This document shows positions 50,649 through 62,020 of a stretch of 64,000 bases of DNA, piece after piece; within the stretch, counting starts at the first letter, position 1, and the number at the start of each line of letters is the position of its first letter. Below the pieces are notes generated by a model. It worked only from the letters and a program-made list of their open reading frames with translations. It was not told the DNA's origin and ran no database searches. The translations under genes and the position numbers were made by a program. The DNA is from an uncultured Methanoregulaceae archaeon (GTDB taxonomy: Archaea > Halobacteriota > Methanomicrobia > Methanomicrobiales > Methanospirillaceae): positions 2,336,001 to 2,400,000 of the forward strand of contig CAVTTL010000001.1 of the NCBI GenBank assembly GCA_963737635.1, given 5' to 3'.

Positions 50649-50834
50649 TTAATCTCTTATAACATCAACCCTCAATCCTTCGCTTTCTATGCACCATCGG
50701 AACCGGTGCCCTTTCTTTAGATCCAGTTTGGCGACAACAAACGCAGGAACAGTAACACGCAACGATGTGGTTTGAGCCGTCGCCGGATGTAATACCGATT
50801 CATCCGCCCGTACATTTCTTGGCATAGGCACCAA
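50649..50834 (-). CDS. AbrB/SpoVT-like small DNA-binding protein
   Basis: SLRVTVPAFVVAKLDLKKGHRFRW; divergent from the transposase. Confidence 0.78.
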   Translation of the reverse strand: MVPMPRNVRADESVLHPATAQTTSLRVTVPAFVVAKLDLKKGHRFRWCIESEGLRVDVIRD

Positions 50835-50838
50835 TCTG

Positions 50839-50926
50839 TCGCCATTCTATTTATAGTCTATTGCCTTTGTATATGTAAATAGGTTTAAATAGTTCGCCAT
50901 TCTATATGTAAATAGAGAGTAAATAG
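50839..50926. promoter_or_regulatory. Divergent promoter region with direct repeats
   Basis: tcgccattctat at 50839 and 50894; tatatgtaaatag at 50870 and 50903; tttaaata TATA-like box. Confidence 0.6.
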
Positions 50927-50930
50927 GAAG

Positions 50931-52079
50931 GTGAACAAAATGCCCCAAATCTTTGCACCACTAAACACAACCCGCGAGGAACGCGGAAAGGCAATCACTG
51001 AAAAGAAAGGCCAAATCTGGAGATACAGCAACGGCCTGTACCGTGTCATGTCACAGTCGGGACGCGGCTCGTATCAGATACAGAAAACCGATCTCGGATG
51101 GAAATGCACCTGTCCCGACCATGTAAACCGTGGAGTGGAATGCAAACACATCATCGCCGTGAAACTCTCATATGCTCTCCGCGAAGAGGTCAAGGCAAAC
51201 GTAACCCTTGATCCGGTAGTCCTGACAAACTGCCCTGCCTGCGGAACGGCAAACATCCAGAAGTTTGGGATTAGACACAACAAGAACACCGATATTCAGC
51301 GGTACATCTGCCGTGACTGTGGCAAGCAGTTCAGTATTAACATCGGCTTTGAAAAGATGAAACACAACCCGAAGGCAATCACGGCAGCGATGCAGCTTTA
51401 CTTCTCCGGGGAGTCCCTGCGGAACACGCAGAGGTCGTTAAAACTTCTCGGTGCGGAAGTCAGCCATCAGACAATAAGCAACTGGATCACGAAATACACG
51501 ATGTTGATGAAGGGGTACGTTGACCGTCTCAATCCGGAAGTTGGCGACGTATGGAGAGCGGATGAAGTTTGGATCACGGTCAAGGGCAACCTGAAATATC
51601 TCTTTGCTCTGATTGATGACGAAACCCGGTACTGGATTGCTCAGGAAGTCGCCGACTCAAAACACATGCACGACGCGGCGGGGTTACTCCACGAAGGCAA
51701 ACAACTCATGGATAAAATACCGGCGGTTCTGGTTACGGATGGTCTGCCGTCTTACCACACCGCCTTTAACAAAGAGTATTACAGCAATACAAAACCCCAA
51801 TCCCGGCACATCAACGCGATTAAACTCACCGGTAACGAATGGAACGAGAACAACAACAAGATGGAACGCATCAACGGCGAAATTCGTGATAGGGAAAAGA
51901 CCATGCGCGGCCTGAAAAAGAAGAGCACTCCGATCTTAAAGGGTATGCAGGTCTATCACAACTACATTAAACCGCACGAAGGGTTACAGGGCAGAACCCC
52001 GGCAGAAGCCTGCGGGATTGTTGTCAACGGGGAAAACAAGTGGATGACATTAATTCAGAATGCAGCGCGGGCAAAATAA
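50931..52079 (+). CDS. IS6-like DDE transposase with N-terminal SWIM finger and IS1-like zinc ribbon
   Basis: SWIM CTCPDH..CKH; CPACG...RYICRDCG; HTH; WRADE, VTDGLPSY, NNKMERINGEIR; YHNYIKPH. Confidence 0.92.
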   Translation: MNKMPQIFAPLNTTREERGKAITEKKGQIWRYSNGLYRVMSQSGRGSYQIQKTDLGWKCTCPDHVNRGVECKHIIAVKLSYALREEVKANVTLDPVVLTNCPACGTANIQKFGIRHNKNTDIQRYICRDCGKQFSINIGFEKMKHNPKAITAAMQLYFSGESLRNTQRSLKLLGAEVSHQTISNWITKYTMLMKGYVDRLNPEVGDVWRADEVWITVKGNLKYLFALIDDETRYWIAQEVADSKHMHDAAGLLHEGKQLMDKIPAVLVTDGLPSYHTAFNKEYYSNTKPQSRHINAIKLTGNEWNENNNKMERINGEIRDREKTMRGLKKKSTPILKGMQVYHNYIKPHEGLQGRTPAEACGIVVNGENKWMTLIQNAARAK

Positions 52080-52452
52080 CTTTTTTTTTAATTTACCATA
52101 AATGCCAAAATAATGCCGCATATCATTTAATACCTTTAAATATGCTTTAAGAGGGTTTAATCATATTAAAACATTTTAAATAATGTTATTTTTGTATTTT
52201 CATAATCTCTTCAATTCTTCAACTGATATGGAAAATGACCAGTTTTGCATGCATGCATACATGCATGAGCAAAATGAAATTTTTAGAAGAAACTATTTGT
52301 GTATAGCGCACTAAGCCGGATCTCATACACAGGGCTCATGCTCCCTTAATTAAACCTAAAAAAGGTAATTTGGAAACCCGCGAAGGTACCAAAAAGCGAA
52401 TCCGACAAATTCCTTTTTGGCGCGTTAGAATAAATACCTTTGGGTACCGACG

Positions 52453-52668
52453 ATGAAAATAATTAGCGGATGCTATCAAGAGGTGGTAACAATCCCATTA
52501 AGGGCAATACTAACCGGAATCCTCCTATGCATTATCGGGGGATTGCTTCTACCAGTAATTGCGGTGTTATGGGGAGCAATTCTTATGGTGATCGTAGGTC
52601 TAGGTCTGATCGTTATAGGATTCCTGATGTTAGTTACAGGAACAGGTTACCCGGCAAGCCAACGGTAA
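52453..52668 (+). CDS. Small two-TM cargo protein
   Basis: Hydrophobic hairpin; ends just before the right TIR. Confidence 0.6.
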   Translation: MKIISGCYQEVVTIPLRAILTGILLCIIGGLLLPVIAVLWGAILMVIVGLGLIVIGFLMLVTGTGYPASQR

Positions 52669-52820
52669 CCTCTAATCTCTCTCTATTTTTTGAAATAACC
52701 CCCGACTTTTGACAGCACTTTTCAAGATCTCTTACCCCCCGCAGACTTGACAGAACCGCTACACAATAATTTTATATACTACATAATCCTAACTAATGGT
52801 TAACCTCAAAAAGGAGGCTT

Positions 52821-53452
52821 ATGATTATGACAGAAACCAACGACGTAAAAATTACCGTACAGGAAGGAGACCTCGGACGGAGCATCCTGCCCTGGCGGGT
52901 ACGAGACCGGCGGATCGCCCCGAACACAGGCACGAGGACGATGTAATGGATGACTCCCAACCGACTGAAGAAATCGACCGGCTGAAAAAGGAGCTCGAAG
53001 AAAAAACACGTCTCGCGGAGGAACGGCTGGAGCAGATGAAATATCTCCGGGCAGAGTTCGACAATTACCGCAAATGGTCTGAGAAAGAGAAAGGAGCGAT
53101 CATCGCCCTCGCAAACGAGAACCTGATCTGCGACCTCCTCGTCATTCTCGACGATTTCGAACGGGCACTTCCCTCTCTCGAACAGGGAAAAAACAAGGTG
53201 GGAATGGAAATGATCTACAAAAATTTCGCGAAAATCCTTTCGGCCTATGGGTTAAAGCCGATAGAATGCGTCGGGAAAAAATTCGATCCGCAGTGCCACG
53301 AGGCCCTCTGCACCGAGAAGTGCAACAAAGAGCACCACACCGTTCTTGAAGAACTGGAAAAAGGGTACCAACTCAAATCTAAAATAATCAGACCTTCGAA
53401 AGTAAAGATCGCAGAACACGTAAGTGAAGAAACGGGTGAGAACAATGGCTAA
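52821..53452 (+). CDS. grpE: Nucleotide exchange factor GrpE (start uncertain; possible 5' frameshift)
   Basis: [38 protein letters not shown]; AGGAGG before the ATG at 52821. Confidence 0.93.
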
Positions 53453-55321
53453 AGAGAAAATAATCGGCATTGACCTGGGAACCTCCAACAGCGAAGCTGC
53501 GGTAATGGTCGGTGGCAAACCGACGATCATTCCTTCAGCGGAAGGTGCAACCGTAGCCGGGAAGATGTTCCCTTCGTATGTAGCGTTTACGGCAGACGGC
53601 CAGCTCCTCGTAGGAGAACCCGCACGGCGCCAAGCGGTGAGCAATCCAGACGGCACAATCTCAGCTGCAAAAAGAAAAATCGGCAGCTCCCACGTGTACA
53701 AAATATACGGGAAAGACTACACGCCCCAGCAGATCTCGGCATTTATCCTGCAGAAGATAAAGAGGGACGCGGAAGCGTTCCTCGGCGAGAAAGTAACAAA
53801 GGCCGTTATCACCGTCCCCGCCTACTTCAACGACAACCAGCGCACGGCAACCAAGGACGCCGGCAAGATCGCAGGTCTTGACGTAGTACGGCTCGTGAAC
53901 GAACCCACCGCAGCGTCCATGGCCTACGGGCTCGACAAAGGCGGCGAGTACAAGATCCTCGTCTTCGATCTCGGCGGCGGGACCCTCGATGTCACCATCA
54001 TGGAGTTCGGCGGCGGTACCTTCACCGTCCTCGCAACCTCCGGTGACACCCAGCTCGGAGGCACCGACATGGACACCGCGATCTACGAATGGATCGCAGC
54101 GGAGTTCAAGAAACAGGAAGGCATCGATCTCAGGAACGACAAGATGGCGATCAACCGGGTCAAAGAGGCCGCTGAGAAGGCAAAGATCGAACTCTCGACG
54201 GTCCTTGAGACCGAGATCAACCTCCCGTACGTTTCCGCCACCCAGTCAGGCCCCAAACACCTCTCCATGAAACTGTCCCGGGCAAAGCTCGAGCAGCTGG
54301 TCGAACCCATCATCAAGCGGTGTATCGGGCCCTTCGACCAGGCATTAAAAGACGCAAAACTGACCAAAGACGATATCCAGAAGGTCATCCTCGTCGGCGG
54401 GCCGACCCGTATGCCGGTGGTCCAGAAATTCATCGCGGACCACGTCGGCGACAAGATGGTGCGGGGCATCGATCCCATGGAGTGTGTCGCGATGGGCGCG
54501 GCAATCCAGGGCGGCATTCTCGGCGGAGAAATTACCGACATGGTGCTTTTGGACGTCACCCCACTCACCTTAGGCCTTGAAACCCTCGGCGGCGTCAGGA
54601 CGGCTCTGATCGACCGGAACACCACGATCCCGACAAAGAAGAGCCAGATCTTCTCGACCGCCGCGGATATGCAGACCTCGGTCACGATCCACGTGCTTCA
54701 GGGAGAACGGGCAATGGCCGCAGATAACGTGAGCCTCGGCCAGTTTAACCTCGTCGGCCTTCCCCCGGCACCCGGGGCGTCCCGCAGGTCGAAGTCACGT
54801 TCGATATCGACGCTTCCGGTATCCTCAACGTCTCGGCAAAAGATCTCGGCACCGGTAAAGAGCAGAAGATGACCATCACCGCATCGTCAAAACTCTCGGA
54901 CAGCGACGTGAAAAAGATGGTCAGCGATGCCAAGGAGTTCGAGGAGCAGGACAAAGCGCGGAAAGAGGAGATCGAGACGCGCAACACCGCCGATTCCCTC
55001 GTGTACACAGCAGAAAAAACAAAGGCCGACCTTGCCGACAAACTCAATGCAGACATAACGGAACGGCTGAACAGTGCCATAACCGCCACAAAGGCCGCAC
55101 TGGAAGGAAAAGACACCCCAAAGATCCGGTCAGAGATGGAAAACCTCCAGAAGGTGCTGGGAGAAGCCGGTACTGCCGCATACCAGCACGTCAGCCAGCA
55201 GGCACAGCAGCAGGCCGGATCCCAGGAAGCTCCTCCGGGTGAAGGCGCCAGCAGTAATGCGCCGGGCCCGGACGGCGAGAAGGTCGTCGACGCTGATTTC
55301 AAAGTGAAGGATGAAAAATAA
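53445..55321 (+). CDS. dnaK: Chaperone DnaK/Hsp70 (frameshift near 54772)
   Basis: [33 protein letters not shown]; adding one C restores [17 protein letters not shown]; ends VVDADFKVK. Confidence 0.97.
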
Positions 55322-55338
55322 TATTTTTTCAGGCACGT

Positions 55339-56397
55339 ATGGCTACACAGGATTATTACGAGGTACTGGGCGTAAAACGGGATGCATCAGCGGACGATCT
55401 CAAAAAAGCGTTCCGGCACCTTGCGCGAAAATACCACCCGGACCTCAACAAAGGCAGTAAAGAGGCAGAAGAGAAGTTCAAGGAGGTCAATGAGGCCTAT
55501 CAGGTGCTTAGCGATCCCACGAAAAAGGCCCAGTACGACCAGGTCGGCCATGCGGATTTCGCACCCGGGGACGAGTCACGGTACCAGGCTCCCAGCTACG
55601 ACGACCTGTTCCGGGACTTCGGGCTCGGGGATATCTTCGATGCGTTCTCCACCGGACCGCAGCGGGCCAGGAGCCGGGCCGGTGCGGACCTCCGGTACGA
55701 TATAGAGATCTCTCTCACCGACGCATTCTACGGGACGAAAAACACGGTTGCCGTCCCGCACCAGTCGGAATGCAGTACCTGTCACGGCACCGGTGCACAA
55801 CCCGGGTATCTCAAGGAATGCCCGACCTGCCATGGGACCGGCGAGATCCGGACACCCCAGAGGATCCGGAACCGCCAGGTAACCAGCCTCGCCACCTGCC
55901 CGGAGTGCGGCGGGAGCGGCCGGATCGTCGAACGACCCTGCCAGACCTGTCACGGCAGCGGCGTCCTGCAGAAAACAAGAAAAATTGAAGTAACGATCCC
56001 CCGCGGCGTTGAAGACGGGCAGCTCCTGAGGATCGCCGGGGAGGGCGAACCGGGAGAGAACCGGGGGCCACCGGGCGATCTCTATGCCGTCGTCCATGTG
56101 AAAAAGCATGACGTCTTCGAACGGCAGGGTGCCGATCTCCGCACGACTGCGGTCGTGGGGCTGCCAACCGCACTCCTTGGCGGGGAGATCAGTGTACCTA
56201 CAATAACCGGCAGTGCGCTCCTGAAAATCCCCCGGGGGACCCAGAGCCACACCCTCTTCCGGCTCCGGAACCAGGGCATGCCTTTCCTGAATGCAGACCG
56301 GCGGGGGGATCTTCTGGTGAAGGTCATCGTGAAGATTCCAGCAGACCTTACGAAAAAACAGGAAGATCTGATGAAAGAGGCATTCGTCGGTTCATAA
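55339..56397 (+). CDS. dnaJ: Chaperone DnaJ
   Basis: J-domain HPD; four CxxCxGxG motifs. Confidence 0.96.
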   Translation: MATQDYYEVLGVKRDASADDLKKAFRHLARKYHPDLNKGSKEAEEKFKEVNEAYQVLSDPTKKAQYDQVGHADFAPGDESRYQAPSYDDLFRDFGLGDIFDAFSTGPQRARSRAGADLRYDIEISLTDAFYGTKNTVAVPHQSECSTCHGTGAQPGYLKECPTCHGTGEIRTPQRIRNRQVTSLATCPECGGSGRIVERPCQTCHGSGVLQKTRKIEVTIPRGVEDGQLLRIAGEGEPGENRGPPGDLYAVVHVKKHDVFERQGADLRTTAVVGLPTALLGGEISVPTITGSALLKIPRGTQSHTLFRLRNQGMPFLNADRRGDLLVKVIVKIPADLTKKQEDLMKEAFVGS

Positions 56398-56493
56398 CCG
56401 GGAAACCCATACTGCCACCAGTCAGTGTTCCGCTTTAGCAAGCTATTAGAACGAGAAACGAACAGTGAAACGTAACGGGGAAAGGACGATAGT

Positions 56494-59085
56494 ATGAACT
56501 TGAACAATTTCACCCTCAAATCACAGGAAGCCGTAGAAAAAGCAATGGAGATTGCGGCGGCACACCAGAACCAGGCGATAGAGACGTCGCACTTACTCAA
56601 AGGTATGCTGATGGTTGACGAGTACGTCATCCCACGCCTCCTGAAAAAACTGAACGTGAACCTCGACCTGTTCACGCCTGAACTCGACAAAATCATTGAT
56701 GCGCTTCCCAAAGTCAGCGGCGGGGAGCCGTATCTTTCCAATGACGCAAATAAGGCCATCGAGAAAGCAAAGGCGGTCGCCCAGGAATTCAAGGACGAAC
56801 TCGTCTCTCTCGAATCTCTGCTCCTCGGCATTTTTTCGGTGAACAACAGCACGTCGCGCCTCCTCAAGGAGAACCGGGTGAGCGAAAAAGACCTGAGAGC
56901 GGGCATTGCCGAGCTGCGGAAAGGGTCTACCGTGAACAGCCCGACCGCGGAAGAGACCTATAATTCCCTCGAAAAATACGCCAGGAACCTCAACGATCTC
57001 GCCCGGAGCGGCAAGCTCGATCCGGTCATCGGCCGGGACGACGAGATCCGCCGGGTGCTGCAGATTCTTTCCCGGAGAACGAAAAACAACCCCATCCTCA
57101 TCGGTGAACCGGGTGTCGGAAAGACCGCAATCGCAGAAGGTCTCGCCCACCGGATCATCGATGGGGATGTCCCGGAAAACCTCAAAAACAAGCAGATCTT
57201 TGCCCTTGACATGGGTGCTCTGATTGCCGGGGCCAAATTCAAAGGCGAGTTCGAGGAGCGGTTAAAAAGCGTGATCAAAGAAGTGACTGCCGCTGAAGGG
57301 GAGATTATCCTGTTCATCGACGAGATCCATACCCTCGTCGGCGCAGGCGCAAGCGAAGGCGCCATGGACGCCGCCAATATCCTCAAACCAGCGCTTTCAC
57401 GGGGAGAACTCCACGTCATTGGCGCGACGACTCTCAAAGAGTTCCAGAAATATTTCGAGAAGGACAAGGCGCTCGAACGGCGGTTCCAGCCGGTGATGGT
57501 CAACGAGCCGGATACGCTCGATGCCATCTCCATCCTCCGGGGAATCAAGGAGAAATACGAGATCCATCACCATGTCCGGATCAAGGATGAGGCGATCATT
57601 GCCGCCGTCGAACTGTCGCAGCGCTATATCTCCGACCGGTTCCTTCCCGACAAGGCCATCGACCTGATCGACGAGGCGGCATCAAAACTCCGCCTTGAGA
57701 TCAACTCCAAACCGGAAGAACTGGAAACGATTGAACGCAAACTCCGGCAGCTGGAGATCGAACGGGAAGCCATCAAGCGCGAAAAAGACCAGGGGAAACT
57801 CAAAGGGCTCAATGCAGAGATCGGGAACCTGACCGAGGAGAAAAACCGGGTAACGGCAAAGTGGCAGGCGGAAAAGGATCTCGTCGACCAGATAGATGCG
57901 CGGAAAAACGAGATCGAGACCCTGAAATTCGAGGCTGAACGCGCCGAACGCAACGGCGATCTCGGGAAGGTGGCAGAGATCCGGTACGGCCGGATCCCGG
58001 ATACCGAGAAGGTCATGGAGGGCCTCAAGAAGAAGCTCATCGAGCAGCAGAAGGATTCCGCGATGGTGAACGAGGAGGTGGACGCGGAAGAGATCGCCGA
58101 AGTAGTTGCACGCTGGACCGGCATCCCGGTGAGCCGGATGCTGCAGAGCGAGAAACAGAAACTGTTAAACCTTGAGACCGAACTGCACATGCGCGTGGTG
58201 GGACAGGACGATGCGATCGAGGCAGTCTCAGATGCCATCCGGAGGAGCCGTGCCGGGCTGCAGGACACAAAACGCCCGATCGGTTCCTTTATCTTCCTCG
58301 GGACGACCGGTGTCGGAAAGACCGAGCTCGCAAAAGCGCTCGCGGAATTCCTGTTCAACAACGAGAACAGCATGGTGCGCATCGATATGTCGGAATACCA
58401 GGAACGGCATACGGTCTCACGGCTGGTCGGCGCCCCCCCGGGCTACGTGGGATACGAGGAGAGCGGGCAGCTGACCGAAGCCGTCCGGAGAAAGCCGTAT
58501 TCGGTGGTACTGCTCGACGAGATCGAGAAAGCCCACCCGGATGTGTTCAATATCCTGCTCCAGGTCCTTGACGACGGCCGATTGACCGACAACAAGGGCC
58601 GGACCGTGGACTTCAAGAACACCATCATTATCATGACCTCCAACATCGGTTCCCACATCATCCAGGAAAACCTGGAGCATGTGACCGACACAAACCGCGA
58701 CGAGGTCTATAACCAGACCCGGGAGCAGGTCTTCGAGCTGCTCAAAAAGACCATGCGCCCGGAATTCCTCAACCGGATCGACGAGATCATCATGTTCAAA
58801 CCGCTCACGAAGGACGAGATCCACAAGGTCGTCGAGCTGCAGGTGGGTAGTATCCAGAAAATGCTCGAAAAGAGCGGTGTCCGGCTCAAGTTAACCAAAA
58901 AAGCCATCCAGTTCATCGCCACCCAGGGGTTTGACCCCCAGTTCGGGGCACGACCCATCAAACGGGTGATCCAGAAAAACCTGCTGAATGAACTCTCAAA
59001 GATGATCCTGGAAGGAAACGTAAACAAAGACAAAGAGATTGTCGTTGACGAAAAAGAGGGGAAACTGATTTTCAGGAACGCGTGA
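56494..59085 (+). CDS. clpB: ATP-dependent disaggregase ClpB
   Basis: [18 protein letters not shown], coiled-coil M domain, [24 protein letters not shown]. Confidence 0.97.
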   Translation: MNLNNFTLKSQEAVEKAMEIAAAHQNQAIETSHLLKGMLMVDEYVIPRLLKKLNVNLDLFTPELDKIIDALPKVSGGEPYLSNDANKAIEKAKAVAQEFKDELVSLESLLLGIFSVNNSTSRLLKENRVSEKDLRAGIAELRKGSTVNSPTAEETYNSLEKYARNLNDLARSGKLDPVIGRDDEIRRVLQILSRRTKNNPILIGEPGVGKTAIAEGLAHRIIDGDVPENLKNKQIFALDMGALIAGAKFKGEFEERLKSVIKEVTAAEGEIILFIDEIHTLVGAGASEGAMDAANILKPALSRGELHVIGATTLKEFQKYFEKDKALERRFQPVMVNEPDTLDAISILRGIKEKYEIHHHVRIKDEAIIAAVELSQRYISDRFLPDKAIDLIDEAASKLRLEINSKPEELETIERKLRQLEIEREAIKREKDQGKLKGLNAEIGNLTEEKNRVTAKWQAEKDLVDQIDARKNEIETLKFEAERAERNGDLGKVAEIRYGRIPDTEKVMEGLKKKLIEQQKDSAMVNEEVDAEEIAEVVARWTGIPVSRMLQSEKQKLLNLETELHMRVVGQDDAIEAVSDAIRRSRAGLQDTKRPIGSFIFLGTTGVGKTELAKALAEFLFNNENSMVRIDMSEYQERHTVSRLVGAPPGYVGYEESGQLTEAVRRKPYSVVLLDEIEKAHPDVFNILLQVLDDGRLTDNKGRTVDFKNTIIIMTSNIGSHIIQENLEHVTDTNRDEVYNQTREQVFELLKKTMRPEFLNRIDEIIMFKPLTKDEIHKVVELQVGSIQKMLEKSGVRLKLTKKAIQFIATQGFDPQFGARPIKRVIQKNLLNELSKMILEGNVNKDKEIVVDEKEGKLIFRNA

Positions 59086-59143
59086 TCGGCCGGATACGAA
59101 GGAGAAAGTATCTTTTTTAATCTCCCGCTGCTTATATCTCATC

Positions 59144-59560
59144 ATGAGCGGGCAGGAGGAAAGGGGACGTATCATCAATCTGATACAGGACGTGATGGCA
59201 TCCTTTCCTTCATTGCGGGTAGCATATCTCTACGGATCGTTTCTTTCCCGCGATGATTTCCGCGATATCGATATTGCACTGCTTGCGGATGAACAGGTTT
59301 GCAGGGACGATCCCCTTTTCTATGCCTCGCGGGTTGCGGATGCCCTCGGGAGGGCCCTTGCATTCCGGTACGAATGCGATGTCAGGGTCATCAACCACGA
59401 GCCGGTCTGGTTCCAGTATGAGGTGATCAGTTCGGGTCGAGCGGTGTTTGTCTGCGATGGGGACGACCGGATCGATTTCGAGACCCGGGTGCTGGTCGAG
59501 TACCAGGACATAAAGTTCACGTACGATCTCTTTGACCGGGAATATCTTGCACAGGCCTGA
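59144..59560 (+). CDS. MNT nucleotidyltransferase antitoxin (type VII TA)
   Basis: YLYGSFLSRDDFRDIDIA. Confidence 0.87.
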   Translation: MSGQEERGRIINLIQDVMASFPSLRVAYLYGSFLSRDDFRDIDIALLADEQVCRDDPLFYASRVADALGRALAFRYECDVRVINHEPVWFQYEVISSGRAVFVCDGDDRIDFETRVLVEYQDIKFTYDLFDREYLAQA

Positions 59561-59561
59561 T

Positions 59562-59987
59562 ATGCGACTCCTTGCACAGGTACAGTCTCTCGATGAAGCG
59601 CTTGAGGCATGGCAGCGTTACCGACAGATCCCGTTTGAGAAGTTCGAACGCGAGAAAGATACGCAGTACATGGTCTGCCATGCGATGCTCCTTGCCATTC
59701 AGGCGTCCATTGACCTTGCAACCGGCATGGCGGTGATGAAGACCCCGCGCCGGCCTGACACCTACCGTGAGACCTTCAATGTGCTGGGAAACTCTGCAAT
59801 TATCCCGGAAGAGCTTGCCGCCGGGATGGCAAAACTCGCCGGGTTCCGGAACATCCTTGTGCACGAGTATACCGGCCTTGATACCCGCCACATCCACCGG
59901 ATCCTCATGGAGAACTGGGATACGATGGACCGGTTCAGGAAACTGGTAAAAAAATTCATCCGGGAACAGGAAAAATACGGGGAATGA
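59562..59987 (+). CDS. HEPN (DUF86/HepT-like) RNase toxin
   Basis: GFRNILVHEY (RX4HXY), adjacent to MNT. Confidence 0.88.
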   Translation: MRLLAQVQSLDEALEAWQRYRQIPFEKFEREKDTQYMVCHAMLLAIQASIDLATGMAVMKTPRRPDTYRETFNVLGNSAIIPEELAAGMAKLAGFRNILVHEYTGLDTRHIHRILMENWDTMDRFRKLVKKFIREQEKYGE

Positions 59988-60063
59988 GCACTTCTTTTTT
60001 TCCTATTTCTACAGAGCCCTTTTTTTTATCCTTCATAAGAGGGGTGATCTGAACCGGATCCAT

Positions 60064-61186
60064 CTACCCCGGCATGTTCGCCTTCACCCAGGCATACGTG
60101 CCTTTCCGGTCGTACACGTGCGTGATAATGTAATTGTAGACGTCTGCATAGTCCTGATCGAGTGTTTCCTGCTCGCGGTACGAGGCAAGTTCAGCGTTAT
60201 AAGACGAGACAAGCGCGTTCTGGGAAGAGACCTGTGCATTATAACCCGCGATATTTCCTGCACTTCGCATGGCACTCATCTGCGCATCGAGCCCGGCAAT
60301 CTGTCCTTGTTTTGTCGCGATATCGGCCGTGAGCGGTTTGACCTGCGTTCCAATACTGATCGCTTTCTGCGCCGAGAGGTTGGACATATCGTTTATGTAT
60401 GCTGTTTCCGCACCGCTGGTATACACCGTTGTACCGTTCCCCACCGGGATGACCATCGGTTCGGAGGTGAGAATCACGCCCCCTTCGAGTTCAGCGGGCG
60501 GTATTCCCACATAGGAAAGATTGGTTGTCTCAAGGTAGGCAAACCCGGTGTCCTTATAGAACGAATCGGGGGAGCCCACACCAAGCGCCATATGGGATTC
60601 GGGATCGAACACCAAAAGCGAGACCTTGTATCCTTCCCGGGAGAGGAGCCCGGCAAGAAGCAGGCTCTTGTCGGCACAGTCCCCGGTCCCTTCCACCAGC
60701 GTCTCGACCGGGTACTTCGCCTGCTGTCCGGGCCTGCTCTGGTAGGGAAGGGACTGGATATAGGTTGCCATAAGTTCGAGGTACTCGTCGCTTGAAAGTC
60801 CCTGGTCATCCCGGATCTTCCGGAACTGGGCGATAAGATCGGCGTACATCGAGTCCTGCGCCGGATCGTCGATCATCTCCAGGTAGACTGGCTGACACCC
60901 ACGTGTTCTCGGAGACATTACCATAGATGGAGACTGACCGGGCAGTCGATTGTGCTGCCTGGTAGACAGCGGCATCGACCGGCACCGAGATAGTGACCTG
61001 GCTCTTCTCAAACAGGAATGTACTCGTGGCATTAACCGGCGCCGATTCTCCCGTGCCCACTTCGATGTGGGGAACGACAACCGATTGCCGGGTAAACAGG
61101 CAACCTGCAGCAAGGGCTACGGCGAATACTACGATAATGAGTACTACGAGATAGAGGTCCGGGCGGTGCGATAGCACCGTGGTCAC
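60064..61186 (-). CDS. Transglutaminase-like lipoprotein with C-terminal coiled coil (frameshift near 60890)
   Basis: AAGC lipobox in the 5' frame; IQSLPY, YPVETL..GTGDCADKSLLL, HMALG, YLETT in the 3' frame. Confidence 0.8.
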
Positions 61187-61656
61187 TTCCCGAGGATCCC
61201 CTCTGCAAACTGGCGCACGGTATCCTCGTACAACCCGCCATCCACGTCATTTTCTACGGTAACGGCTGAGGACACAAAGTGCATGCCTTTCTTCTCGAGC
61301 TGATGCTGCACGACCTCGATCGGGCGGTCTGGGCCAGGATTACCGCGCTCCACGAGCACGTGGAACGGTTTTCCTTCGATGCCGGTCACGAGGGAAAGAT
61401 ACATGTTGACATACGGCGGGACCTTGGTTGCCCAGACAGGTGTTGCGATCACGAGCGTGTCAACGTCGGCAAGATCGGTTTTGCAGGGTTTGATGGGGCA
61501 GTTCATAGACATGAGCGCTTCGATGACGCCGAAGGCAAGGTTCACGCGGCCGGCGGGCTCGATCCGGACAAGCTCTGCGCCCAGCGTGCCGGCAAGTGCT
61601 GTTGCCACAGTCTGGGTATGTCCCGTGCGGGAATAATAAACGATAAGGACGGTCAT
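61183..61656 (-). CDS. Flavodoxin family protein
   Basis: IVYYSRTGHT, ATPVWA. Confidence 0.88.
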   Translation of the reverse strand: MTVLIVYYSRTGHTQTVATALAGTLGAELVRIEPAGRVNLAFGVIEALMSMNCPIKPCKTDLADVDTLVIATPVWATKVPPYVNMYLSLVTGIEGKPFHVLVERGNPGPDRPIEVVQHQLEKKGMHFVSSAVTVENDVDGGLYEDTVRQFAEGILGK

Positions 61657-62020
61657 GGATTCAATCCCCTGGTCGGCGGCTTTGAGCCATGGAATGGTGG
61701 TGCCCGAGGATCTCCCGGGCCGTGCTGAACTTTTCTTACGTTCATATTAGCGCTGGCAAGTATATAGTTTTCTTAAAAACTCTAGATCAAAAAGGAAAAC
61801 TATATTCATATGAGAGAAACACCGGAGTCTGCATAATGTGTGCCGGCAGTTCCCGGGTTTAGCACAGACTCATTCATCGTAATGAAGCCGGGCGCGTTTT
61901 CGATCAACAATCCTGATAAACATCGCGATCAAAGGACTAACCACGAACTGGAGCATGCAAAAGACCGGTGAACCGGCATGAAGCCGGTGAGTCTCTTGCG
62001 GTGGTACCAGGAGTTATACC

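Larger units (their letters stand above)
49539..52757 (+). mobile_element. Cargo-carrying IS6-like transposon (3219 bp) with bipartite TIRs
   Basis: Left ggttctgtaaagtctgcggggg..N17..gatgctgtcaaaagtcggggg; right cccccgacttttgacagca..ccccccgcagacttgacagaacc; flanks gctgacaca and gctacaca (near-TSD); intact transposase inside. Confidence 0.88.

Noticed and set aside
35688-52757. Intact provirus or casposon
   Set aside because: No capsid, terminase/ATPase, integrase, Cas1 or polymerase genes recognised; the boundaries are DDE transposon ends.
54760-54790. Programmed frameshift in dnaK (and fbp, fba)
   Set aside because: No slippery heptamer with a stimulator; window-wide indel density points to assembly error.
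53252-59033. Many long minus-strand ORFs over dnaK/dnaJ/clpB
   Set aside because: Antisense shadow ORFs typical of GC-biased codon usage; no motifs.
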